A stretch of 24,052 nucleotides of DNA from Vitrella brassicaformis CCMP3155 (GCA_001179505.1 CDMY01000754.1:1-24052); one strand, 5' to 3'. Positions 1-12,454 are shown, numbered from the stretch's first letter. Program-made: numbers and translations. The notes: generated by a model from the sequence alone, not told the origin.

Positions 1-801
1 TCGCCGCATTACCTCACTTGCCTGGAGGGTTTCCCGCCCCACTCCCCTTTCCCGAGGCGTGTCCCCTTGTGCAGTCGAAGCCGAAAGGGGATCTCTGAGC
101 TTTGAGCTTGCTTTGAGCTCGCAAATGGGGCTCGCGGGATTTCATTCATTTCCCTCGCCGCATTGACGCTCCCGTGGCCTCATATGGTGACATGGCCTGC
201 TGCACAAGGCAGGGTATCCATCAGGCGATGTCTGCTCTATTGACGAAATGAAATGAGGGCAAAATTATACCTGTCATTATTGACTCATCGACATGGAGGG
301 CATCATCCTTGGTGTGCCTTCTTGTGTCCTCCGTGTAGCGACGAGAGAAGGAGGTGATGCACTGCATCGATCAGAGTGCATCGCCATTGTCTCTCCCCGC
401 AGCCTAAGGACAAAAGAAGGATAACACGTCAAGAGGAAGCGCAGCCAGTCATCCGCTCAGGCATGACCATGGTCAGGTCAGCTGTACATCAGTTGTGTCA
501 TCGAATCGAGCGACCGTAGGTCAACGCAACACCCCAGCCTCGCAGCTCGATGCGTCTGTCTGGGCCAGATGCCCTCATCTGCAGCTTGGCCAGCGCCTCT
601 GGATCGCCCTTAGCCGATGGACCGACCAGAAGCGACACAGAAACACGCCGAGACAGGTGAAAACGTCTATTAGCCCCCAAGACGACGGTATCGCATTGCC
701 CACGACACACAGGCACAGTCGCAGGCCATGGAAGCTCCCCTTGGTACACATCTGATCTCCCACACGCACCAGCCACCTGGACAGGCAGTGCACCCATCTA
801 A

Positions 802-3678
802 TCAGTCCCGCATTTCGTCGCTATCGACACAGATAGGCGAGAAGTAGTCAGTGATCAGTCGCTGGCCGGCCGTGGCGGGCAGCCCCTCCCGATACAGCTC
901 AACGCTACAGGGGCCTGTCTGCACAGCGGCGAACCCGTGAGGGCTCAGCCGCTCCTCCACGCCACACGAGCTATCCTCGTCCAGCATGTCGATTGTGAAT
1001 GTGTCGTTGGTGGTGAGTGTGATGCGCTCTAGCTTAGGCAGGGTGGTGATGGCCTCGATGCAGGTGTCAAACAAATCGGTGAAGGGCGGTGGCCTGTCTG
1101 TCCACTCCTCTAAAGGGTCCTCTGGCTCAGGCTCATAGCCAGCCGAGAAGAACACGCTAATGCGACGGATGCGACACTCGATTCCACCACTACTACGTCC
1201 CTCCTGGCTGCGCCCCTCTGCCGTCCCCAACGAGGTGTCCGCCCCCTCCCCGCCCGCATCTGCCTCGCCCACCGGCACCTCAGCCCTGCTATCCATACCG
1301 TCCTCACTGCTCTCGTCTTCTTCTTCTTCTTCCTCCTCCTCCTCCCCCTCCTCCTCCTCCCCATCCCACAACGACCAACCCTCACTACCACCGAAGGGTG
1401 AGCGAAACGCCCCTTTGATGTGCAGCAGTGGCCCCTCACTCGAGCAGTTGCGCAGATACGACGGGAGGAAAAACCCATCAGGCCTCTCCGGCACGAAAGC
1501 CACGTAGCGCGGCGGGCAGGCGAAGCGCACCACCCGCACCGATGGGAGGTCGTCTATCGTCTTGACGACGGCCTCCTCGCCCAGCTGCTGCGCCCTGCCC
1601 AGGTCGATGGACCGCACCGATGGGAAGACGCGGCCGAGGTTGAAGAGCAGTGGCGGTGGGAGGGGGTTGTCGGTGTCCCTGGCCGGCTGCAGGGTGAGGG
1701 TGCGGGCTGAGCTGAAGACCAGCTTGGGCAGCAGGGAGTAGAAGGCCGGGATGATGGTGTCCTGTGCGAGGCTGGTGGGGAATGTCACCGATGTGGCGAG
1801 GGAGGCTGCCAGGGTGAGGGTAGACGACGCAAATGTGGGGCTCTCGTCGCTGTAGATCCCGCGAATGGGGCTGTAGGGGTCGGTGGGCGGCCAGAGGAGG
1901 GTGAAGGGGAAGTCGAATGAGCTGCTGCTGTAGTCCTCCTTGCCGCCAGGGCTCACACAGTACTTGTGGACCTTATTCAGCGACTGTGACACAGCAGGCA
2001 ACACATGGATGCATTGGGAATGATCACTCCCTCTTGTGTGCGTGGATGCATTGGTCACTCACCGATATGATGCTTCGGGTGATCCTTTTGGCCTTGATGG
2101 TGCCCTCGATGGCCTCCAGCGACCTTATCGGCTCATCATTGTCCTCGTCAATCCAGGCCTCCAGGTCAGGTTCGTCCGCCGTCACGGTGAAGCTCCTCAC
2201 GGTCTTGACCTGCGTGGACTCGACGAGTTCCATCGCCAAATGCGCATCCCACGCGAATGGGGGCGAGAGGGTGAGGGTGTGGACACTCTCGCGATTCGCC
2301 AGCCAGTCGCGCCCATACCATGTGTCGTAACCCAGGAATTCGTTGTACTGGAGCGTCTCCTCCTCCCTGCTCAACTTGCGCAGCTCGAGGGTCTTAAGAG
2401 ACCTGTGGCACACACACACAAGAGACCAGACAAGGACGGATGGTGCGCAGGGACCTTTGGAAGGAACTGTCCTGGATTTGCACTGCACCCACCCGAGTGT
2501 CCAGAAGCGCAGATATGAGGCCCACCCCCACCGCCCGCCCACTGCTACTGTCTTCAATCGTGGGAATGCCGCCCGCTTCTCGCCCATGTCGAGCTCCGGA
2601 ATGTCTGTCGAGCTCCGGAATGTCTATCTCGTGCATCTCTGTCGATGTGCTGTCCACCTCCAAATGCTCGAGGGTCTCGCTAATGGACTCAATCAGCCGC
2701 ACCATCCCCATGTTCATGTGACAACCCAGCACCGCCCGCTTGGTCTTGGCCAGCCGGGGCACCCATGCCTCCAGCTGCTCATCGGTGGTGTCGATGGCGC
2801 GGTCGGCCAGGAAGGTGATGATGGTGTGCATGTCGGGGTGGCGGGAGGGGGCCAGGAAGGACGAGTGGGCGCGCGAGAGGCCGCCGATGAGGGACTCGGT
2901 GCCGACGAGGGGGCCGAGTCGGTCAAAGAGCAGCGCGTCAGGGAGGGTGAGCAGCGACGGGGCCAACGACTGAGTACAGAGCACAACACGCAGAGCACAA
3001 CACAAGACGGACGTGTCCCCCGTCTGTGCAGTGCATGTGATCCATCGGTGTCTGTTGCTGCTTACATCTAGGCGTAGGTTGCGTAGCATAGCAGTGATCT
3101 TCTGCTGTGCGATACCGATGAGGATGTCCTGTGGGCTGGGCAGGGTATCGGCTGGGGCTATCTTGGACAGCACGACCTTGAGCCTCTCATAGTCCAAACA
3201 CACCATCTGCACACACCAAAGCACACAGGCAGGGAGATGCAAAGCAGTTGGCAGCGCGCTAAGGGACGCCCCATGTGTGTGGCCTGGTGGTCTCTCACCT
3301 TGGCTATATTGGGGCACATGGCTGCGCCGAGTGTCCTCTCCTTGCTCTCCTTGAGTGTCAGCGCCTCGCTGGCCTGATTGCACAGAGATCCACACACACA
3401 CGCCAGCGACAAGGTCATCTATCGCAGGCCCTCTTTCTGTGTGTGTCTCCCCGCATCTTCCTTCCCTCACTTGTTGGTACAGAGCGTCGAGTTTCTGCGC
3501 GACGTTGAGGTATTTGTCCCTCGCGGCCAGAATGCCCTCCAACTACAGACCATCACATTCCAGACCAAGATAGTGCATGAATTCGGCATCCTAGTAGCTG
3601 TCTGGCGGCACCCCTCCTCACCTCGCTACACGTCAGGCGCCGCTTCTTCGCCGCCGACTCCATCGCCGCCGACTCCAT
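802..3678 (-). CDS. Lineage-specific F-box-like / degenerate leucine-rich-repeat protein (~774 aa if repaired); frameshifted in exon 5, so possibly a pseudogene or a defective allele
   Basis: Exons on minus strand: 3678-3622, 3542-3471, 3373-3299, 3206-3066, 2969-2493, 2402-2063, 1983-802. All introns are GT-AG (79-97 nt), and phases are consistent only if one copy of the 19-bp duplication at 2588-2625 is removed. N-terminus MESAAMESAAKKRRLTCSE has a basic NLS-like patch. F-box-like segment PSLLTLPDALLFDRLGPLV. LRR-like units FPRLKTV, LKTLEL, FPSVRSIDL, LPSVRVV, LPKLERITL. Acidic poly-E tract near 1320-1360. Family assignment is by motif resemblance only. Confidence 0.72.
2588..2625. repeat. 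Perfect 19-bp tandem duplication (GTCGAGCTCCGGAATGTCT x2) inside coding exon 5 of gene A
   Basis: Read directly: 2588-2606 is identical to 2607-2625. Confidence 0.97.
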
Positions 3679-3685
3679 CGCCGCC
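3649..3685. repeat. 15-bp tandem repeat (GCCGCCGACTCCATC, ~2.4 copies) spanning the start codon of gene A
   Basis: Units at 3650-3664, 3665-3679 and partial 3680-3685. Encodes MESAA-MESAA in frame on the minus strand. Confidence 0.9.
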
Positions 3686-4203
3686 ACCAGCAGGGCGGGG
3701 GAAGTCAAAGCGATGAGCTATCGGAACATCTCCAGGCTACAGTCCTCAGGTCCAACATTCTGAGCCAAAATCAGAGGATGCAGAGCGCAAAATCAGCCAA
3801 TACAAACTTCGGATTTCATACAGCTCGCAACGAAGCTCGCGTTGGTTCAAACGCCGCAGCCTCAATGCGCAGCCTCAGTAGCGCTGAAGAGGTCATGTGA
3901 AGCGCTATCGTACCAGATCTGCCACTCTTGACGGCCCGCTGGTCACTCTTCTGTCGCCCGCTGCGTGGCCTGGTGGTGTGGAGGCCCAATTAATCATGGA
4001 GGAGGTGCCGGCATCAGCTGCGGTGATGAGGCGAGCGGCGCCTGCTGAGATCTGCGGATGGTCGGACGTCCATTGCGAATAGCGTGGTGAAGTCTGCTTC
4101 TCGTCCGCACATCACATCGCCCGCCGGACGCCCTTGCCCCTCTTCTCTCCTTGTACATAGCTATCCACCTGATTGATCTGTCTTATTGACTTCCCCTGCG
4201 GCC
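3679..4203. promoter_or_regulatory. Putative bidirectional promoter region between head-to-head genes A and ULK4
   Basis: 525 bp separate the divergent ATGs at 3678 (-) and 4204 (+). Inferred from gene orientation only. Confidence 0.45.
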
Positions 4204-7200
4204 ATGTATCGCCCTTCCCGCCACCCGCCGCCCAAGGGCCCATCTGCACCTGGGCTGCGGCAGGCGGCGGCAGCAGCAAACACCAACACCAACGCCACCG
4301 CCACTACCGCCGCCCTCAGTGGCCCACATCCGAGAGAGAGGAGCCGCGAGAGGATGGTGGAGAGGGACGTGATGCCGCCGCCGGGGATGAGTGAGCGGTC
4401 GCCGTCGCCGCGGCACATGAACTACCACCTCTATGACCAGATCGGCAGGGGCAGGACCACTGAAGTCTTCAAGGTTAGCACGGGCCTGTGTGTGAATGTG
4501 TTGACTTGACCTGTGTGTCGGTGTGTCTGTGTGGGTCTGTGTCTGTGTGTTCAGGGTCGTCGCAAGAACACGATAGAGTTTGTGGTGTTGAAGCGGTACC
4601 CCAAAAATCAGCGGGAGTTCGTCCTCAACGAGGTAAGGCAACCAACACACACAAGACACACACAAAACAGATCGCACCGCTGTCCATAACCTCCCTCACT
4701 TCTCTGTGTGTGTCGTTGTGTCGCAGGACCGTGTGATGCGTCACCTGGCCTCGTATAACCCGCTGCAGAACCCCTCTGACCCCTACCACATGCCCCTGCA
4801 GTCGTCCATGATCCTCAGGGGCTCCCACATCATGCCGTCAGACTCCATCGCACCACACGCCCACGTGCTGGGCGGCGGGGGCGTGATAGATGACGGCGGT
4901 CGGTGGCACGAGAACATCCTGCGGTACATTGAGCAGTTCGAGAGCAGAAACCACGTGTGGGTCGTGTATGAGTACTGCCCAGGTGAGATGGCGGAGAGAC
5001 TGGGTGCACTGAGTGCATCAGTGAGTGTGTCTGTGTCCGTCCATTCAGGTCAGGACCTGCGCACCGTGTTGACGATGGACGGACGGGTGAGCAACAAGCA
5101 CACACATTGACAGATGACGGAAGGTGAAAGTGGTCGGCTTATATGTTCTCCTTTCCGTGTGTGTCGATGGATGCCATCCCCCCATTTCATTCAGATGCCC
5201 GAGATATCGCTGCAGGACTTCGGTCGTGCGATGGCGTGCGGCATACGATACCTCCACTCACAGGGATTCGTCCACGGAGAACTCGCGTAAGCCAAGCCAA
5301 GCCACGACATTACACACACCCACACACCCACACATCACACACACCCGACCATGGAGATGTGTGTGTCTGGTGTTGATAATATAATTGTGCCCACAGCCCC
5401 GGCAATGCGTTGTTCAACGAGTCTGGAGTGCTGAAGCTGCGCAACTTCGGCGCCACCCGGTCGCTGGACGAGCTGCTGCACGAGATACAGTTGGACGCCG
5501 GCCTGCCGCTCAGAGGCAGCATCGGACAGCAACACACGCCACACAGACGGGTCAATGAACCACGGGAGGGAGGGGGAGGAAAGCACTCAGCCGTGAGCTA
5601 TACAGCCATGCATGTGTGTGTGTGTGTGTCAGGCTGAGGGTTTGGAGGTGATGGGTGCGCCGTGCTACTGGTCGCCAGAACTCATCAGAAGCGGTACAGG
5701 CAACACAGAGGGAGGGAAGACAATGGTCCGTGGTGGATCGGGGTGTGTGTGTGTGTGTGCATGTGTGTGTAGGTATGATCCCGACGATCCACAGCGACCT
5801 GTGGGCGTACGGGTGCATCCTGTACGAGTCGCTCATGGGGCACATTCCCTTCCAGGCAGACACCGTCGAACAACTCAAACAGTAAATAAGATGACACAAG
5901 CAAGAAGTTTGTTAGTTAGACAAGAGCCAGTGCAGTGTCACCAGCCGAGCCGCTTGATACTTTGCTGCTGTTGCGTTTGGTGTCTGTCTGTCTGTCAGCA
6001 TGATCCTGGCGCAAGAGGTAGAGTTCCCGCCCATCGACAAGGCAGCCCCCAGACGAGCAGCCAGAGGTACCCAACGCACAGCATTCCCAGACACGTGCCT
6101 GCACACCTACTCTTGTCCTTGTGTCAGGCGATCGCAAGTATGACTCGCGTGGCGCCCGCAAGGTCCCTCCCGACGACCCGCGCGACGTGCGCATCACTCC
6201 CCAGCTGCTGTCGCTGCTCAAGGGGCTGCTCACCAAGGACTGGAGACACAGAATCACTTGGGAGTACGCCACTCCACGCCAGCCCTTACACAGACAGACA
6301 GGACATCCACCTGTGACTGACTGATGTCATGTGATCGTTATCCTTTCATCCTTTCAGAGACCTGGTCTCTCACGAGCTCTGGGACCCTCCCCAAGTGGCC
6401 CTCACACCCACTGAGAGAGCCCAGCTCGACAAGTACACCGACATCAGCCTACAGATCCTACGCGCCACTGTGGGCGACTCCGACGACCTCCCCCCCTCCC
6501 CCATGGTCAGCCGACAGATGGGCGACGAGGCCGCATACCAGGACGACGCCTACGTCGACGAGGACGATCGCATGAACGCGGCCCTGCACACGCCCATCAA
6601 GCGCGGCAGCCACGGGAGTGCCGGTGGCTTCATCCGCGACCCCGCAAGACCGCCTTATGCCGAGGAGCCCGATCGGTATCGGCCGTCGTCCACCCACGAC
6701 AGGCAGGAGTACCGCAGAGAGCGGACGGCGATGCGGCCGCAGCGGCGGCAGGACAGGGACAGGGAGGACGAGAGCCCTCACCGCCTGATTGCCTCCCCAG
6801 CTGTGGTGCGCCGTCGACACGCCAATGACACAGACAACAGCCACGTCACGCCCGAGGCCACCAGCTCTGTCGCGGCGATCGACCAGCAGCAGCATCAGTA
6901 TCAGCAGGAGAGCCCCGGTGACATCTATGAGCAGTTCAATGGGGAGGTGCCGCCCCAGATGGACCATGACGACGACGATGAGCAAGAGGGAGAGGGGGAG
7001 GATGGGGATGGTGGGGGCGGCAGACGGGGTGTGGAGGACCACCAGATGCCCCGGCTGACCATGCTGTCCAACGTGCAGCCAACCAAACGCGCCAAACTGG
7101 AGAAACTGCTGGTGAGACAGACAGAGGATGACAGTAAGTATCTTCAGCTGTGCGTATTGGCGTCTGTTTGTGTGTGCGCTGCGCAGTGTGAGGTGGAGGG

Positions 7201-10200
7201 CAGTGGTGGATTCGCCCGCCGGCAGCCAATCTACGACCAGCACCTCGTCAAAATAGACACAGTAGGCAGGCAGGCAGGCAGGTACACCATACCATCAGAG
7301 AGAGGATCACCCCAGCGCACAGTGCAGTTGTCCCACTCCTGTTTGGTTGGTCAGTATGGAAGCAATGGAGGTGACGACACCACCCTTGCCGACGAGGATT
7401 GGGAGCAAGACTGGCGGGCCCACGCACCCTTCAGCCTGCCGAGCTTCGACGCACTCAAACGCAAATTGCAGGTGGGGTGGGTGAGAAACACACTGCACTC
7501 ACTGCATGCATCAACGATCGTCCCTTCCTGCACCACATAGCGTGACGAGATGTACCTCCCCTCCCTGCTGTCGTCGATCTTCAAGACACTCGCCGCCAAC
7601 GAGCCATACGGGCGGTCCACACCTTCGTCACAAAGCGACACCTGCACCACGGAGCAGAAGACAGCCGTGGTCAAGTACGTCGGCTGTCTCGCCGAAGTGG
7701 GCTGGCCCGGGCTGGCCGACGCACTCCTGCGGTCGCAACTGACCAAGCTGCTCGTCAATGTTGTCCAGTAAGCAACAAAGAGAGAGACCACAACACGCGT
7801 GTGAGGGTGTATGTGTGTGTCAGTCACGAGACGTCTCCCCCACGAGCCTCGTACCGTGTGGCGACCCTCTCGGCATTGGGTCAGATGATCCGCCACGGCG
7901 GTGACCTGCCAGTGGAGCTGGGCAGGAGCTACAGGCTCTGGGATGTCCTCATCAACATACTCACCAAGGCACCCGAGGGCGACCACGACGTCAAACTCAC
8001 CAGACAACTCAGGTAGGTACCTGACATACCATGCGCTGGCAGGGCAGGGCAGCATACACACCTGACAGGTGTTCCTCTTGGTGTTGTCCGTGCAGGCGTC
8101 AGGCCGCTGCGACGTTTGGCGAGCTGCTGTACTATGTGGCTGTGACCCACAATCGGCAGCGGCCGTCTGGTGATGGCTTCCCCACACCAGACGACGCCCC
8201 TGCCATCATCAAGAAGCTCATCATCGACAGGCGGACGGTCGGCGAAGACCCGGTAAGCCAGGCAGACGATATGCAATGCTATGCACGTGTGTCTATCCCT
8301 CTTTCCAATGGATCTAAGACGTTCTTCCGTGTGTCTCTTTGTGCAGATTGTCGTGCATTTCGCGGTTCGGACGCTCGGCAACATCGCCACAGCAGCCGGC
8401 AGATGTAACTAGCGCTCGCAAATACGAACAACACACACGCCAATGCACACGCACACACACACGTAGAATCTTGGTTCTCTGCGTGTCCGGTTCTATCTAG
8501 GGGCGTTGGAGCGTTTGCTGCCGACATCCAACGAGGCGTGGCAAATCTTCTACAACCTGGCGTGTGAGGCCATGATCATCTGCTCAGCACCACGCACACG
8601 CCCAACCACACCTAGGGCAGCCGCCCACTGGCAGGCACACCCCTTCTCACCCACACCCACCAGACAGCAGCAGCAGCAGGACGCCCGCATCCCATCAGCA
8701 GCAGCACCATCACCAGCAGCAGCAGCAGCAGGGGGCCCCATTGCTCACCTCGACGATTGGGGGCAGACAGAGGAGCCCGACCAGACAACCCACGAGTGGT
8801 CGCCCTACCTCCTGGCGGTGGAGTGCCTCAAGACCTTGTCTGAGCTGGCCACTCTGGCTCCCAAGTGGTGGCATGGGCTGCTGAATGTGTGGGCGGCGGT
8901 GTACGAGAGGGGCGAGGAGATGGGGGTCTACACGCGGGAGATGACGCCCAACGTGAGGGAGATGATGCGGGCCGCCATGTGCTCTCACATGGGGGAAGCG
9001 GCACACGCTGGGGTCAACCTGGCCCTCGTGGGCATCGTCCATGCCAAGTGCGTGGCCGGGCACAGCACATCTGATATGCACGCCTTGAGAGCTTTGATGA
9101 GATGGTGGTGTCAGGTGCAATTGAGTGTATGTGATGGTTGTGTCCTCTGTGTGTGTCGGTGTGTGTGTGCAGCGACGTTGAGATGCTCCAGGACTTGTTT
9201 CAGGGCGACATGCTGTCCACTGTGCTGCAGCTGCTCAACACGCGCAGACCACTGCCAAACGACGTCAAAGCCAAGGTAAGGAAGGTCGGCAGACACCCAT
9301 CCCACTGGCCGACCCACATCTCTCTGTTGGTTCAGGTGATGCTGTGCATTGAGTGTCTGATGGGGACCGACCTGATCTTCCTCCTGTGGTCGCTCGAGTA
9401 CGACCTCATGCCGTTCATCGACGGGCTGTGGACCGCACGGGCCGGCGAGGATAGAAGCGAAGTGGACGAACAAGACAGACAGCTCGACACGGCACTCGAA
9501 CTCACAGTAAGTAATCTCATGGGTGGGGAGTGCCGTGTGTGGGTGTGGGTGAGTGCTGCATATATGGTATGTGGATGCTCCCTCCTTTGCAGTTGGCGAC
9601 GTTGACCGATTTGGTTCCCAGCCTGATCACCCAGCTCGAGCAAGACGCGCAGTCCGCCGTGCAGAACCCCAATGGCCATCCCGAGCTGACGCTAGAGGAG
9701 ATTATCCGCGGCTGCTACGACTACCTCACCGTGCCCATGCAGCTGCTCTCATCCGCCATCCCCAAGGCGCGATCCACATTCATGACGCCCAACCTCATCC
9801 AGAACCTCTCCAAGCTCACCGACCACTCGGGCTGCGAGCCGCTGCGGAGCGCGCCGGTGGATGTGCGGTCGAGGGCTCTGGAAGTGATGGAGGGGATGGC
9901 TGGTGAGATAGTGGGGGGCAAGAGGGTGGTGCTGGTGGGGGAGGGGGCGGTGGAGCCCGAGCTGCTCGACGCCATCAACCAGGCCATGATACCCACACTG
10001 ACACGGCAAATGTGAGCTAAGCACACCACACGAGACAGACACCGAGAGAAGCATTCTGATGGTATTGTGGCATGGGGTCGTTGCATTCACTGCAGGTCGC
10101 CCCAGAATGGCCCCATGGTGTGTTTCCAGTCGCTCAAGGTGCTGCACATCCTCATCCCGCCTCTCATGCACGACCTCCACTCCCTCATGCCGCCCCCTCC

Positions 10201-12454
10201 CGCCCGCAAGCCCCCCAACCCACCACACGAGTGGCGATCCATCCTGCGTCGACCACCGGTGGGCTTCCACGTCTTCGTCAAGAGCGATCGCACCCGCAAG
10301 CAGAGGGATGACGGCTCTGGCTTCGCCCTGTGGAGCCGACTGATGCAGCTCACACAGCCCAACGCCCCACATGCAGATGTGGCGCGGCTGTCGAGAGGCC
10401 ACCACCAGCCCTCTGCTGACGTCCTGGGGTGTGTGGACCAGCTGCGGGTGCTGCTGGTGACGCAGGTGATGGGTCAGCTGCTGCCGCTGCTTGACATGGA
10501 AGACAGCCAGGGCCAGGGGCAGGACCAGGGAGGTGCGCCGCTGCGTCAGTACAGCCTCACGTTTTGGTTTGCCATGCTCAAGAGCTCGCCCACACTGCTG
10601 GGGCTGCTGCCGGACCAGCCAGAGGGGCGGGATGAGGGGAGAGAGGGCGGCCGCGGTGGTGGTGGTGAGGGGCAGTGGACGCTCAAGGCACAGCGGGCCT
10701 ATCTCGTGTCCACACTCAACAGATTCATAGAGAAATTCCAGGTGGGTGACAACAACACAACATAACACAACTCACAGGCAGGGCGCGAGTTTTGGTCTTA
10801 CTTACCTTGACGCTGTTTCTTCTATCGTTGTGTGTGTCAGCGTTCGAATGCCGTGGGTTTGTTCGAGAAGAGTCGGGTCAGTCTGGAGGGCATTCTGACG
10901 CTCATCGCCCACACGCAGCACATCCGCCACTCGTCCCCGTCGGCCCCGCAGCCCATCCCTTACAACTGGCACATCGCTGCTCTCTTCTCCCAGTTCTGGA
11001 AGCACCTCGCCGCACAGCTGGTGGACGACCGCTTCTCCCTCCTGCAGGCGGTTCACTCGCGCGACCGGCTGCTGATGGAGAGGGAGAACGCCGACGTCAT
11101 GAAGAGCGTCGAGGCCCCCGACAACGACAACAAGGGGGCGGACACGGCCGCTGTGGAGAGGCGATCGGTGGCTGCCGTCAAGGACCTAGAGGACCACATG
11201 ACGGCGTGGCAGCTCAACCCCATCCATGGTGGCGACGATTCTGACGCGTTGCAGGACGAGTACGCGGCCATCCGGGGCGCCAATGACACGCTCGACGGAC
11301 TGGTGCCGCCCCTCAGCACCGCCCTCCAGTCACTGGCCCGCTCTCTCCCCCCCGCCAGCTCATCGTCTGTGATGGACCCGTCGCCCATGTCCATGAGCAC
11401 GTCGCTGCGGGAGTCGTCTCTCTTCAGCGAGAAGGGAGGGCTGCTCGGTGGTCGTGCGGGGCGGCTGATGGAGAGTCTGCTCAAGGTCGCTGCGGCCGAG
11501 GCAGCCGCCATCGCCCATCCACCGGAGATGACCATAAGCAGCGATCGTGTCGGTGTGGGTGTGTCTGACATGGCGGGTGGGGGCCTGATGGCCGAGGCGC
11601 GGGAGGAGGAGGCCCTGAGTCGCATCACTGAGGGGCGGACCGAGGTGGCCAAGATGATCAAGGTCGGCCTGGCGGCCACCCAAGCAGCTCTGACCCTCTT
11701 GTGCATCGCCTACCACCACTCACAGTGGACCAGCCCCCCACAGCACACCAGGCTCAAGGACACCACTGCCACTTCCAGCAGCAGGCGGGACGACCAGACA
11801 CACGAGGCGCGCCGGAAGGTCATCTCGCCAGCCATTGTCGGATCCATGACCGATCTGGTCGGCTGGCTGGAGACGTCTCTGTCGGTCGCGGCGCACATCG
11901 TGGCGGATGACGACAAGAAGCACCGCAAGAGCGGCGTGCTGCGGGGGTCAGGCTCTTCTGCTGATTCGGTGCCAATGGGCAGCAGAGTCTCCGACGACAG
12001 CGGCCATGGACCTTCGGCGAGCGAGTCCCTCATTCCTCTGGCCGAGCTGCTGCACACACTGGAGGAGTGGGGCCGAAAGGCGCTGTGTCTTCTGATGTGG
12101 GCCAGCTCCTTGCTGGACCTCCACACGGCCAAGACCCACCACACACACCACGGCACTTCAGTCGCCATCCGGGACCCCGAGCTGTCGGCCGCTGACCTGT
12201 CGGTGCACTACTACCCCTTCCCGATGGGCCATCTCGACGGCGGCACAGAGGGGCTGCACGTGGAGCTGGCGGTGCGGTCGGTTCCTGACGCGTCTGGCGG
12301 GATGGCAGCTGACTGGGTGTTGGGTGTGGGTGGCATGGTGGTGGGCAGCCAGGACGGGGCGGAGGGGAGGGAGAAGAGTGAGGCCGCCAGGGAGGCGGCG
12401 GCACGGCTCATGGACCGACTGGAGGAGACCACTAGTGGAAGGCCTGTTGTGTAG
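4204..12454 (+). CDS. ULK4: ULK4 / RUNKEL-like serine/threonine pseudokinase with C-terminal HEAT/ARM-like repeats (~2,126 aa, 23 exons)
   Basis: Exons: 4204-4473, 4555-4632, 4727-4982, 5049-5086, 5195-5286, 5397-5592, 5633-5693, 5773-5881, 5999-6066, 6128-6263, 6358-7111, 7187-7261, 7355-7471, 7541-7767, 7824-8012, 8096-8252, 8347-8404, 8501-9047, 9173-9275, 9336-9506, 9593-10011, 10096-10741, 10841-12454. All junctions are GT-AG and phase-consistent (total 6,381 nt). The donor of the 40-nt intron 6 is uncertain (alternative at 5551). The spliced kinase domain reads MNYHLYDQIGRGRTTEVFKGRRKNTIEFVVLK...HENILRYIEQFESRNHVWVVYEYCPGQDLRTVL...YLHSQGFVHGELAPGNALFNESGVLKLRNFG...GAPCYWSPE...SDLWAYGCILYE...GHIPF...RITWEDLVSH. 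The KGRRKxTIxF signature and the C-terminal motifs ATFGELLYYVA and GEDPIVVHFAVRTLGNI match the ULK4/RUNKEL family as I know it. Confidence 0.92.

Noticed and set aside
1-801. Short ORFs (495-755, 498-797, 575-793) and a small GAGCTTT repeat near 97-120
   Set aside because: No coding signature or motif. Most likely the 3'UTR/intergenic region of gene A.
3843-3856. GGTTCAAACGCC resembling a Pol III B-box
   Set aside because: Imperfect match, with no A-box or tRNA stems around it.
5593-5632. 40-nt ULK4 intron as an exceptional mini-intron
   Set aside because: An alternative phase-0 donor at 5551 would give an ordinary 82-nt intron, and the two cannot be distinguished without transcripts.
6458-11706. 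Long antisense ORFs (6458-7243, 9749-10768, 11053-11706, and similar ORFs opposite genes A, D and G)
   Set aside because: They lie exactly opposite large GC-rich coding exons, have biased composition and no recognisable motifs. They are typical antisense shadows.
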